Shown: piece by piece, positions 1 through 16,065 of the stretch
Position numbering within the stretch: the first letter of the stretch is position 1
Layout: each line of letters opens with the position of its first letter
Assembly (NCBI RefSeq): GCF_009914755.1
Contig: NC_060947.1
Source: the human T2T-CHM13v2.0 reference genome, Homo sapiens
Reading direction: 5' to 3' (one strand)
DNA: 64,000 bases
Position numbers and translations under genes: made by a program
Notes under the pieces: model-generated
Seen by the model: only the letters and a program-made list of their open reading frames with translations
Databases searched by the model: none
What the model was told of the DNA's origin: nothing

Positions 1-745
1 AATAAAATATCCATGAGTCCATACTGATACAAATAATTGTACAAATAAATAAATGACAAAAAGGTGCAACTCTGTCTTAGAAGAATTTCAAAAAATGTAC
101 ATAGATACTTCTCCCCCCAGGAGGTGGAATTTAAATGCCCTCCCCAGAGTGTGGGCTGGATTCTAAAAAATTGAATATGGAAAGGGAAAAATAGTAACAT
201 TTTAGTGGAGAAGCCTGGCAGTCCTCTCCTTAACCAAGTGATCAATGTTAATATCAGCAGTGAGAAGTCACGTTGGTATCATGCACTCCTCTGATAGGAT
301 GTGCTGAGAAAGACTCCACCTCTGTAGTATTCTTTCCTAAAATCCAGAATCCTAGTCTAATGAGGAGAAAACATCTAACAAACCCAAGTCCAGGGACATT
401 CTACAAAATTCTCAAGTACTCCTCAAAACCATAAAGGTCATGGGAAACAAGCAAAGTCTGAGAACCAGTCATAGACTTTAGATTAAAGAGACATGAAAAC
501 TAAATTCAATGTGGTAGGCTGGGTTGGATCCTGGTGCTGAAAAGGGACATGGGTATAAAAAATCTACAAATCTGAATAAAGTCTGAAGTTTAGTTAATAG
601 TAATATGTCAATGTTAATTTTTTAGTTTAAATACATGTACAATGTAAGATATTAATTTTAGGGGAAGCTGAGCAAAATGTGCATGAAAATGCTTTGTACA
701 GTGTTTGCAACTGGTTCATAAATCAAAAATTATTCTGAAATAAAG
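1..745 (+). mobile_element. Old LINE-1 3' end fragment (L1MC/L1MD-type)
   Basis: Degenerate motifs typical of L1MC 3' UTRs (ccaagtgatcaatgttaatatc; aatgtggtaggctgggttggatcctgg; gaataaagtctgaagtttagttaatag). Subfamily and edges approximate. Confidence 0.6.
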
Positions 746-1790
746 GGTTTCCATTTTAAACTACATATTGCATCATGACAAATTATCAGCAAATCACTAT
801 TAATCATACAAGAGAGAAAGGTGTAGCGTCTTTAAAATGCATACTTGTGGCCCCTCTCTCCTTATATATAGTAAAACATAATTTTTTCGAAGTGGAGCCA
901 GTCATCTACATTTTACATGGTCTCTAGATTATACACACCAATATGTGAGAATTACTTTTCTAAAGCCCTGTGCCTTTTATAGGCCCCAAAGACTTTCAAA
1001 GATTTAAAAAACCACAGTAGTTATGGTATTATCCAAAGTCACAAAATTTGGAGAAAATTAAATTTCAGCAAGTGCTATATGGGAATGTAAAAATCAGACA
1101 GTGGAGCCTGTGGACAAAATAATTCACTTAGATACACGTACATAACTGGTGGACCCACAGGATAATGAAGTCATGATAGAAGAGTAAAGAAGATACAAAG
1201 TTTGGTGAGTACCTGACTGGCAGTGAAAAAAAACTAGGAGTGAAAGCAACTTACTTGTGCAAACAGCCCTTCTTGGGTTAAAGAAAACTGACATCACTAT
1301 AGAGTTCAGAGAAATTACAACTGGCCTGTTCAGTCAACAAGCAACAACTGCCTTAGTATGAAGTGTTACTCCAGAAATGAATAATGTAGCTTGCAAGCAA
1401 AACCAACATCAACAAGCTAATAAGTAATGTTCAAGGAAGTCAAAATGCTCTGAGCAGAGTAGCATGTAATGACTAAGTATATAAGAAAATTAAAATAAAC
1501 AATGAAAATCAATGTGATGAAGTGCATTGATTTAATGGAGTCAAAATAATCCCAGTTCTGACATCTTCGTGTGCCTCTGACTGCTCTTAGTTACCTACAA
1601 CCTTTACTGCAGACTTAACTCAGGACACCATTTTCATGCTCCAGCAGACTCATGTTATCTTCAACCTTGCTGCCTCTTCCACCCACATGCGGCACCTGCC
1701 AGCCTTTCTCAGATACTCAATCATTTTCATTCTGATCCAACCCACTTCAGAATTATTTTGCTTTTATTAGCTCTTGGTAAGTTTACTTTC

Positions 1791-2277
1791 TGTGATGATT
1801 AATTTTCTGTGTCAACTTGGCTAGACTAAGGTGCCCAATTATTTGGTCAAACAGTCTAGATGTTGCTGTGGAGGTATTTTTTAGATGTGATTTAACATTT
1901 TATACCAGTAGACTTTGAATAAATCAGATTTACCCTCCATAGGATGGGTGAGCATCATCCAGTCAGTTGAAGGCCTTTAGGAAAAAGACAAAAGATCCCC
2001 CCAAAAGACGGAATTCTCCCTCCAGACTGAAACACAGTAATCCGTTTGAGTTTCCAGCCATTAGAATCAAGACTGCAACATCAACTTTTGCCTGAATTTC
2101 TAACCCGCAACCAGCTCTGCAGACTTTGGATTTGCCAACCCCCACAGTTGCATAAACCAATTCCCTAAAATTTCTCTATCTATCTACCTACCTATCTACA
2201 AACATATATGTATCTATCCTATTATTTCTATATATATAAATCTTATATCCTATTATCCTATATAACCCCCTCTCTCT

Positions 2278-2339
<62 letters not shown>

Positions 2340-2378
2340 TACATTTTCTCATCTTTCTAGAGAACCTTGATTAATACA
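1791..2378 (+). mobile_element. MLT2 (ERVL) solo LTR with internal CA microsatellite
   Basis: Starts tgtgatgattaattttctgtgtcaacttgg and ends ctagagaaccttgattaataca, the MLT2 termini; internal simple repeat typical of the family. Confidence 0.8.
2285..2343. repeat. (CA)n microsatellite
   Basis: About 20 uninterrupted CA units followed by an interrupted tail, read directly. Confidence 0.95.
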
Positions 2379-3565
2379 CTATTCGTTTTGATCATTTTTC
2401 TACCAGTAACAATGTTCATATCTTGTCTTATGATGAGATACACTGCAGCGATTTTACCACTGCTACACCCACTGAGAATTTTTCTCAGCAAGGTATAAAA
2501 TATAGTTAAGGAATAAGAAATAATACAGACTTAAAGATTTCCATTTTGCTTTTTGAATCAAAAAGCATAGAAGAATTATTCCACACATTGGCTGAATATC
2601 AGAATCACTTGTGGCCCATCTTAAAAGTATATATGCCAAGGTTCTACCCCGAGCCTGCAGAATCAAAATTCCTCCCATTGATAATGATTCACAGTCAAGG
2701 GCTGAAATCCCTGGATACATAGTAATTTGATCACAGTATCTCAGATAGGATATAGTCCAGCACTACCGTTATTAATAAAGAATTTGAGGCAAAAAGAGAA
2801 CAAATGACTTACACAAGTTCTCAAAAGGTAAGAATGAACAGTGTCAGGTTAATATTTTTCATATTTCTAGAAGATTCATCCTATTTTCTGGTATAGATAA
2901 ATTCCAGAAAAATATGACAGTATTCCTGTCTCCTTGTATGCACATTTGTCATCTGGTCCATTGTTCCAATTCACAAATATAAATATATTGCAATATTTAG
3001 AAAATAATTGAGCAGTGGCAGCTCTATTTTATAAGGAGGTTCAGGTACAAATGACACTCTCTAGTATACAGTTAGAGGACTTCACAAATGGCTAAAATCT
3101 TGGCAATTTTGTGTGTTGTTAAAGTAATAAAACTTTGAGGACAGGTAAATGTTACTGTGTCATATCCTCTGATTTAATTAAAAAAGACTGCTCTCACTTT
3201 CCTATTGACAGAATTTTGTAGATGCATTTAACAAATTGTCATTATTCGTAGCTTATTTTCTAGTAGCAAGCAAAATAATTCCAGAATCACTTCATATCAC
3301 GGATATGAATAATGTAGAATAACCAATAATCTCAGTTGTCCATGAGTGCTGATTTAATCTTATTCCTTGGCTTCTAATGCAAAATTTGCATCTTTTACAG
3401 AATTTCCAATTCACAGAGTACTGTACACATATACACATAACCAGCTGAAAGACATGTTCTCAGCTAATGTCCAACATTGGAAGAGCAGGCAAAAATATGC
3501 AATATTAGTATTATTTACAGACAGATTGTTACCATTTTAACCTCGATTTTGAAATACAGATTGTT

Positions 3566-3889
3566 GGCCAGGCACACGGTGCCTCAAGCCTGTAATCCCA
3601 GCACTTTGGGAGGCTGAGGTGAGTGGATCACAAGGTCAGGAGTTGAAGACCAGCCTGGCCAAGATGGTGAAACCTCGTCTCTACTAAAAATACAAAAAAA
3701 AATTTAGCTGGGCATTGTGGCGGGCGCCTGTAATCCCAGGTACTCGGGAGGCTGAGGCAGAGAATTGCTTGAACCCGGGAGGCGGAGGTTGCAGTGAGCC
3801 GAGATCATGCCACTGAACTCTAGCCTGGGTGACAGAGCAAGACTCCATCTGAAAAAACAAAAAAAAAAAAAGAAGAAAAAAGAAAAAAA
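3566..3889 (+). mobile_element. AluS element
   Basis: Full dimer with A-rich tail; TSD gaaatacag(a/g)ttgtt at 3551-3565 and 3890-3904. Confidence 0.95.
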
Positions 3890-4995
3890 GAAATACAGGT
3901 TGTTAATTCTATGTTAAAACCACAGCTCTTAAGAATAACATATATATACATATATATTTATGTATATACACACACATATATATTCATACCACAATTCACA
4001 TAAAGGTCCAAAGTTTAGCTGGTTTTAACATTAGTGATCAAAGCCTAATATATATAGGCAAATGTATGCATTCAATACACATGTGAACACACCACAGTTT
4101 TCTAAGATATTATTGAACTTTTTACAAAATGTTAATTGGGTTGTGATTTTATAAAAATAGTTCTAATATTATATTACTATCTGTGTGTTCATTTGACCTA
4201 ACAGTACTCCTTACAAAGAAAAGAGTCTGAAGGATATTCTGCATCATCCCGCTGTGAAACAGCTTTATGATGCCAAGTGTCCCATACAGAGATTTACTCC
4301 AATGAACTGGTTTAATTTAGAATGTGACCTAACCAATTATATTTAATAGCATGGCTAGGAAAATCAGCCCCATAGTCTAAAAACCAGTATCTCTGGGAAA
4401 AAAATGAAGTAGACTTCTGGTTTTGCACAGGATATTGTGATTGCTATTTCCATTGCTCCTTTTACATTTATAACAAATGAATAAGCTGAATATGATTTTT
4501 CATTTTGTAGCCACAATCTCTGTAGACAAACTGATCAACTGAAATACTTACATTGATTTGGTCAATATATTTATCAATGAATAATGATTTAGGAAGTTAT
4601 TTTCATGATTTGGACAATTGTGCACCTGGATTCATTTACAAACTATTGTCTTTTTCTAATGTTAGAGATGTTTGATGTGAGGAAGAAAAACTTAAGGAGG
4701 GAGACTCACATGGAGGAAATTGCGTTTTTCTCTACAGCATAATTCAGGAATACATTGGATTAGAAGTCAAAGTGATGATTTGGAAGGAACTAAAAGCACC
4801 GATATTTGATAGAGACCTGGTGAACCAGGGAAGCAATTCTAAATAGACTATTTTGGATGTGGAACAGATATTTCCAGTCATCACTGGAGTTTTTAGTCCT
4901 TGACAGTGATTTAAGGTCTTCGGAATGCTAAGCAATGTTACAATACCTGCACATACAACACAGTCATATGCTTTGCCACCAGTAGCTGCTCTCAG

Positions 4996-5325
4996 TGTTG
5001 CAGGACTTGTCCTTAGTTCAGCTAAAGACTAGCTCCTCGTCCGTCCCACAGCCATGAAAATTCAGGCTTGCTGACGGTTTGAAGGGTGAGCAAAGCAGAG
5101 TCTTATTGGGTGAAAAGGGAAAAAGGGGGAAGAGGGACTCTCCGCAAGGCCAGAGTTCTTGCCCGTGCACTTCCCACCTCATGCTGTTTAAATCCCAGGT
5201 TCTACACAGGAAGAGGTGGGGCCAGGCTTCTCCCTGATGCAAAGGGTGCGAACTCCTGTGTCTCCACCCAGTGTGCAGGCTGGTTGGTGTTTTCCTGGGG
5301 GACCTCCTCCCACCTGGCTGTCTTA
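4996..5325 (-). mobile_element. ERV1 LTR (MER61-like), 3' LTR of a minus-strand provirus remnant
   Basis: Minus strand reads taagacagccaggtggg...agctgaactaaggacaagtcctgcaaca, directly preceded by a polypurine tract (plus-strand ttcccccctct, 5326-5336). Confidence 0.7.
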
Positions 5326-5363
5326 TTCCCCCCTCTAAAGAAGTACATCTAACTGCTGTTAGA

Positions 5364-5446
5364 ATAAGGATAAGGATAAGGATAAGGATAAGGATAAGGA
5401 TAAGGATAAGGATAAGGATAAGGATAAGGATAAGGATAAGGATAAG
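5364..5446. repeat. (ATAAGG)n hexanucleotide tandem repeat, about 14 copies
   Basis: Perfect array read directly; source of the RIRIRI/YPYPYP pseudo-ORFs. Confidence 0.97.
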
Positions 5447-5623
5447 AACGAAGACTGATCTTAACTGCTTCCTGCTGACAAGGGGCGCTGTTTTGGGGAA
5501 ATGGCAGCCAGATCGCCCTCAGAGCAGAAGGAGCAGAGTCAGAGGCTCTGGTTTTATGACCGTTTGGAGTTTGATGGCCTGAAGGCAAGAACAGATAATC
5601 TGGGTTATTAGAAAGCATGTGTC

Positions 5624-5981
<358 letters not shown>

Positions 5982-7518
5982 TTACCAGTTTGCATGGGGA
6001 CGGGGAGACCAAATTCCCAGCTGGTAAAATACTTCACCCATTTGCCAGTATGTTGGGCTTCTCGGTTCCCCCTCCCCTGAGCCTAACCCCAAGCCAACCA
6101 GTTTAAAGTTTGGGAAATTAACTCTTTCCAGTTTGGAGGATGCATCTGAGGGAAGTGCTCCATAGTACAGGGACACAATTACCTATTAGTGAAGAGAGGA
6201 CAGAGGAGGAGAGAAGAAAAAATAAGATACTTTTTTTTTTCAAAGGAGTCCCAGGGGTTCAGGATGCATTCGAAAGGGGTACAGACTGAAGATGAATGGC
6301 TACCCATCTAGAAAGAGGGGAGCAGGCATCCCTGGTTCCCTTCTCTGCCTGACAGATACCCGAGGTACGTGAGAGAGACAGGGAAGAGAGTCCTCTTTGC
6401 CTCTTCTGTCCTTGCATCCCCAAGTCCTGTCAACCTTGGCAGATGTGGCCATGAGTGTAAAAGCGGCTTGCACCCATGAAGCAGGGGGTCGAACGGGTGG
6501 GAATCATCTGCTCCTTCCCACGTATGCCCTATCTTCCCTGCTATCGGTAGCCTTGAATTCTCTAGACCTCATTTATGCCATGGATACTAATGTGGCCTTT
6601 ATCCATGAAACAGGAAGCTTGGGCTTGGCTTAATCGGCAGGAATCAGCCACACTCACGTGCACTGTGCCTTTTAACCTCTGTTGTCGTCTGCCTCTGGAT
6701 CCCTTAGATCTAGTCTTCTTTCCTAGGGCTTTGACTCAAAGCTTGGAATTAGTTTGGGACAAAAATGTATCTCATGGGGGTGTTGCATGGACTCCTTATC
6801 ATAAGCTGAATGCTAAGGTGAAACTGTGGAACTGAGTCCTCCTCCAACAAGGGAGAGAGAAAAGGATGTCCTGTGACACACCCAAACACCTGGTGGCTAT
6901 AGTTATGCTTGCTAGGATTTGGGTGCATGGTGTTTGTCTTTGGTTAGCTGGCTTGTTCTTACTTTCCCAAAAGGAAACCTCCGAGTAATGAGCATCCTAT
7001 TGATTCCAATCCCCTGGCAGGATTTGCAGGATAATTGCTCAGAATTAGAATATTGATCCAGATTTTTACATTATCCATCCCTCTTGTTCTTTCTGAGCTG
7101 GAGCCAGAGATTGCTGGTTGGTTCACAGGAACAAGCAGGGTTAGTCTAAAAGGTAAGTGAAAACTTAAAAACAACTAGTGCATTTAGAATTTAATGACAA
7201 ATGTATGATAAGTTTTGGAACATAATTTCTCTCTCTCCAGTCCTCATGTTTGTTAAAAAAACAAATCATCATAGGACTGGCGGTTTTTGAAACAGACCTT
7301 AGTCTTATACTTGGCCTGATTATTTGCATAAAGTGCAGCAAGAATGATTCTTTCTACATAGGTCTTTTGGATTGGCTTTGATGGAGCTCTATTCCCCAAG
7401 GGATCTCAGGTAAGACCTTTTAAAGCTGAGCCCAGCCATGGGTTTAACCTCAAATACCTGTGAGTTGGGCGATCCTTGTCTCTTAAGGTCCCAAGATAAA
7501 CTTAGAGGTCCTGGATCT

Positions 7519-10496
7519 GGTATATAATTGCTCACAGTAGTCTCTTATAATCCTTTTATTTCCATGGCGTCAGTTGTAACATCATCTCATCGTTTTCTGA
7601 TTTTATTTATTTGTATCTTGTGTCTTTTTTTTTTTACTTAGTCTAAAGGTTTGCCAATTTTCTTGATCTTTTAAAAACACCAAATCTTTTTTCATTTATT
7701 TTTTCTATTGTTTTTATTCTCTATTTTATGTATTCCTGGTCTAATCTTTGTTCTTTCCTTCTTTCTGCTAACTTTGAGCTAGTGTTTCCTTCTTTTTCTA
7801 ATCTCTTTAGGTGTAGAGTGAGATTGTTTATTTGAGATATTTCTTCATTTTTAATGCAGGCATGTATTGTTATGAACTTATCTCTGTTAACTCAAGTTTA
7901 TCCTAAAGCTGCCTCCTTATATATTTTAAGTTCAGCCTAAAGGTTTCTCTGTATATTATAAAGTATAACCTAAATGGAGTTGTACACAGACCATACCCTA
8001 CTTTTCTGCTGATCACCAAGTTTTGGCCAAACCTGGCCAACTGTTCAAATCATGTTCAAATAAGGCAAACTATGAGCTGGAACCAATCTGACTGTTTCTA
8101 TACCTCACTTTGGTTTTCTGTATGTCACTTTCCTTTCAATGTCCATAAATCTTCTTCTACCACCTGGCGTGCTGGAGTCTCTGAGCCTACTCTGGCTCAG
8201 GAGACTGCCCAATTTGCAAATCGTTCTTTGCTCAATTAAACTCTTTTAAATTTAATTCAGCTATATTTTTTCTTTTAGCATCTCTTAGTATTGCTTTTGC
8301 TGCATCCCATAAGTTTTGGTATGTTGTGTTTACATTTTTATAATATTTTGTATGAAATATCTTTTCTCCATTCTTTCACTTTCAGCCTATGTGGTTCTTT
8401 AAATATAAAGTAGGTCTCTTGTAGAAAGCATATAGTTGAATCTTGTTTTGTTTAAATATTTTTTATTCATTAACCTATTTTATAGTTATAGTTATTTTTA
8501 TACTTTGTTACTTCTGTCTTCTAACTTCCATACAAAAATTAAAAGTGATTTGTGCACCACCAATACAGTATGACAGTATTCTGTATTTATCTATAGTCAC
8601 CTGTACCAGACAGCTTTATACTTTTATATGCTTTCATTTTGCTGTTTAGCATTTTTTATTTCAACTTTAATGACTCCGTCTAGCATTTCTTGTAAGGCAG
8701 GTATAGTGCGGATGAACTCTCTCAGATTTTGTTTATTTTGGAATGTCTTTAGCTCTCCTTCATTTTTGAAGAAATGTTTTGCTAACTATAGTATTTTTGT
8801 TGGCAAGTTTTTTTTTTTTTTTCCCATTCAGCACTTTGTACATATATCATCCTACTCCTTCTGGTCAGCAAGGAAATCCTCTGAGTCTTATTGAGGTTCA
8901 CTCATGTGGGACAAATCGCTTTTCTCTTGCTTTCAAAATTCTGTATCTTTGGCATTGACAATTTAATTATAATGTATCTTACATGGATTTCTTTGGATTC
9001 ACCTTTTTTGGGATCCATTGGCTTCTAGAATCTGGATGTCTTTTTTCTTCCCCAGATTTGGGAAGTTTGGGGCAATTAATTTTTAAATAAACTGTTTTTT
9101 TTTTCTCTTTCTCTTTCCCCTCTGCAACTTCCATAATGCATACAGGGGTCTGTTTGATAGTGTCCCATAAGACCCTTAGATTTTGTTCATTCTTTTTCAT
9201 TCATTTTTCTTTTTCTCTTATTGCATAATTTCAGATTACCCATTTTTGAGTGCACTGATTCTTTTTTTCTGCCTGATCAAGTCAGCTGTTGAGCACTTCT
9301 AGTGATTTTTTTCTATCACTGTAGTTATTGCATTCTTTAGCTCCAAAACTTTCTGCTTCATTCTTTTTTTAAAGGAAATTTCTCTCTACTTCGAAATGTC
9401 ATTTTGTTCATGCATCATTTTCCTGAGCTCATTAAAAATCTTCATGACAGGTATTTTGAATTCACTTTTAGGTAATTCATATCTGTTTCTTTAAGGTCAA
9501 TTTCTGGAGATTTATTTTGTTCTTTTTTTTTTTCATTGGGCCATTTTTCCTTGTGTCTTGTACTTTCTGTGATTTTGTGTTGGTATCTGGGTATTTGAAA
9601 AATCAGCCAACTCTCCCAGTCTTTAAGGATTAGCTTTATACATGGAAAAATCTTAACCAACAAGCCTGGCTAGAGATTCTGGGGGCCTCTCAAGTCTTTT
9701 CTGTGAATATGTCTTCTCTAGACATGTGTGCAGATTCCTAACTAGAGGGATTTGCCAGTTTCTTGTTTTAAGGAGCTTGTAATCTCTTGCTCCTTCTGTG
9801 TCTTTTTGTTTCACGATGGGTCATCTGAAGCAGAAACATGACCATACAGTCTAGCCCTTTTTTACTTGCAGTGGAACCCCAGGTATCTAAAGTATGCTGG
9901 GTTCTGTCAGCTCCCCACATCAAGATAGACAGAAACCAGTACCTCAGGCAGTCCCATGAAAAGCCAGATGTTGAACACGTGTTCTAGTCTTCTATTTCTC
10001 CCTGAATAAGAAACTGCCAACCTCTATTGACCTCTGTCTGCTGTACCATGATTCCTGGGTAGCAGCAGCGTGATGCACAGCTCTTTTTTGTTGTCACGGT
10101 CCCCCAGGTATCTAGAATGTGCTTGCCCCTGTTAGTGCTCCCAGACAGGTGGGCAAAAGCCAGTCCCTCATCCAGCCCCCTGGAAAGTAAAAACATTGGA
10201 AGTACAGCCCAGTCTTTTATTTCCCTCCCCAGGGAGAAGCCAGAAACTAGAAGCTGGGAGTTTTCTCCCAAGCATATGGCACTCTATTGGGGGAGAGATT
10301 ATAGCATGAGTGCCATGAATTTTCATATAGGCTTGGATGTGACTGGCTTTGTACTTGTCTGGAGTGCAGGAGCCCCTTAACTGGTGTCTGGATTTCTCAC
10401 AGAGGGAGTTAGTCCATGTTTTATTGCCAAATCTGTCTCCATGGGAGGAAGGAGGATCTAATGCTTCCCATTTTGCCATTTCATGATGTCACTCTC
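7519..10496 (-). mobile_element. Old LINE-1 (L1M2/L1M3-like) 5' portion: 5' UTR, ORF1 and partial ORF2 remnants
   Basis: ORF 8979-9200(-) MKKNEQNLRVLWDTIKQT resembles L1 ORF1p; T-rich antisense ORF2-like sequence at 7519-8470. Confidence 0.75.
7885..8280 (+). mobile_element. MER57 (ERV1) solo LTR inserted in the old L1
   Basis: TG...CA ends, start tgttaactcaagtttatcctaaagctgcctcc, perfect 4-bp TSD tctc (7881-7884, 8281-8284). Confidence 0.85.
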
Positions 10497-12064
10497 TGTA
10501 CCTTGGGCTTTTTTAATAGGAGAGAGAAATAAACTTCTATTGTGCTTACAATTTTTTTGCATTTTTATTTTTGATGCAGCTAAATCTAATCCTAATGGAT
10601 ACAAAGAGATCCCTTCTTTGAGTGGTAGATAATATGATACTTTAAAACTTTACAAATCTAGGAGTATATAAGTCTAAGATTCAGTGCATTTTTTTCTCCC
10701 AAATATTTTATGAAAAAGAGGAACTTTAAAATAATAATGAGAATATATACAAATATAATTCCCAGGAAAGAAAATCCTCCTCTTTATTTTTGGTTTTACA
10801 GACAGGAAAATAATGGGCCTCATGCTGTTTTGGTTAACTGGGAAAAACAGAGGAGATGTCTGGATAGTAACCTGTTAGCTAGCCTCACACTCCACATCTC
10901 TCCTTTTTGGGTTGTATACTTAGCCTGCATCAGAAACAAGAATCAGCTTGTATTAAATAAATGGTCTCACTTTATTTATATTTAATCATTTGGGAAATGA
11001 AATAGAACCATTAGAATAGATAATAGATGTCAGTTTTAAAAATAAATACTGAGGCAAAATAAATTTCTTTACTTTTCCATGACATTTTTCTGGAAGCAGG
11101 AGCCTATTAGACTGTTACGATGTTCTATTCCATTGACTTATCTCCAGGTTCCCTTTTTTAAAAGACTCGATCTTTTGAAATGCCTTTACATTCACCATTT
11201 ATATGTACTTACCTACTTACCACTTCTGCATCACTAGTACTCTGTCTGAATTCAAATTTTGTATGTCTCATGCAAAACTCAAAATCCAACTGTGCAGCTT
11301 CTTGACCAAAAAAGATGGGGGGGAGTGCTGAATGTCACTATCTAAATAAAAAAGAATTTTACTGAGTAGTGGTGGCCTGGAGATTGAGTTATGTGGAGGT
11401 TCTAATTGTGAATTTCAAGTAAATATGAGTAAGCCACCCATTTGGATGGCACACAGAAATATACTATTAATAATTTTCTGGAACATCTTAATTGAAAGAG
11501 AAAATATAATTAGAAAGTGAAGACACTCATTTTATTTCTCAACTGAGCTTGGTTTGTATACCTTCTAGCCAAAAATAAAGCAAATTTCTTGTTCAGTATT
11601 TCCAGAAGCAGCTCTAATAACTAAATATCCAAGGACATCTTACAGAGGTTTTTTTCCCCAAAGTTGTGAGAGCTTGGTAAAGATCAACTGTGGGAAACTT
11701 CTATGGAACTTAAAAGATTGAAAACAACTAAGAGTCCCCCCTCAGATATTGTCTGCTTATCCTCTCTTTGCAGATCTGCTCATTCACATAGCTTTCTGTC
11801 ACATGCTTTTACTTTCCTGTTTACTCTTTCTGCTGCAGAACCAGACAGCCTTGAAAAGATTAACTTTATTCTGTGTCATGCATCAACAACACAATTTGTC
11901 AACTTGAATCTTTATTACCGGTGATCACATAAAAGCTGAAAAACACAACATGATTTCTTTCTTCACCTAGAAGTTGAATTTGTCACCCTAAAAAAAATTG
12001 CTAGGCTTGTAAACGGAACACATTTTATTTAAGAATCATTCAGAAAGAACAAGGAAAACAGACT

Positions 12065-15694
<3,630 letters not shown>

Positions 15695-15859
15695 AGAAAG
15701 AATAAGGAAAACTAACAAACCAAAAATGTATGACTCTTTTCTAAGGAGAACCAACTTAGAAAAAGAGGAAGAGGCAAGAGGTTAGGCGGTAAGCTGGCAG
15801 TGATAATCCACTTCTCAAAGCAACTACATACAGAATAATAATGATTTTGGACAAATGCT

Positions 15860-16065
15860 AACATTTATTCAGAGCTAGACATAAAGTTAAACCTTTATAG
15901 GCATTATCCTAACCATGCTTCGAGAAAGATCCCATTGTCTTTACCAACTTACAGATGACAGAACCAAGGCTTAGGAAGGTTAAATAACTTTCCCTAGGTC
16001 ACACAGTGAGGCTTGGTGGAGCAGGAGTTTGACATCATGCCTCATTTCAATACCTCCACTTGTTC
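15860..16065 (-). mobile_element. MIR
   Basis: MIR core ttacagatgacagaaccaaggcttaggaaggttaaataactttccctaggtcacacag. Confidence 0.7.

Noticed and set aside
5271-5618. RIRIRI and YPYPYP repeat proteins
   Set aside because: Translation artefacts of the (ATAAGG)n microsatellite.
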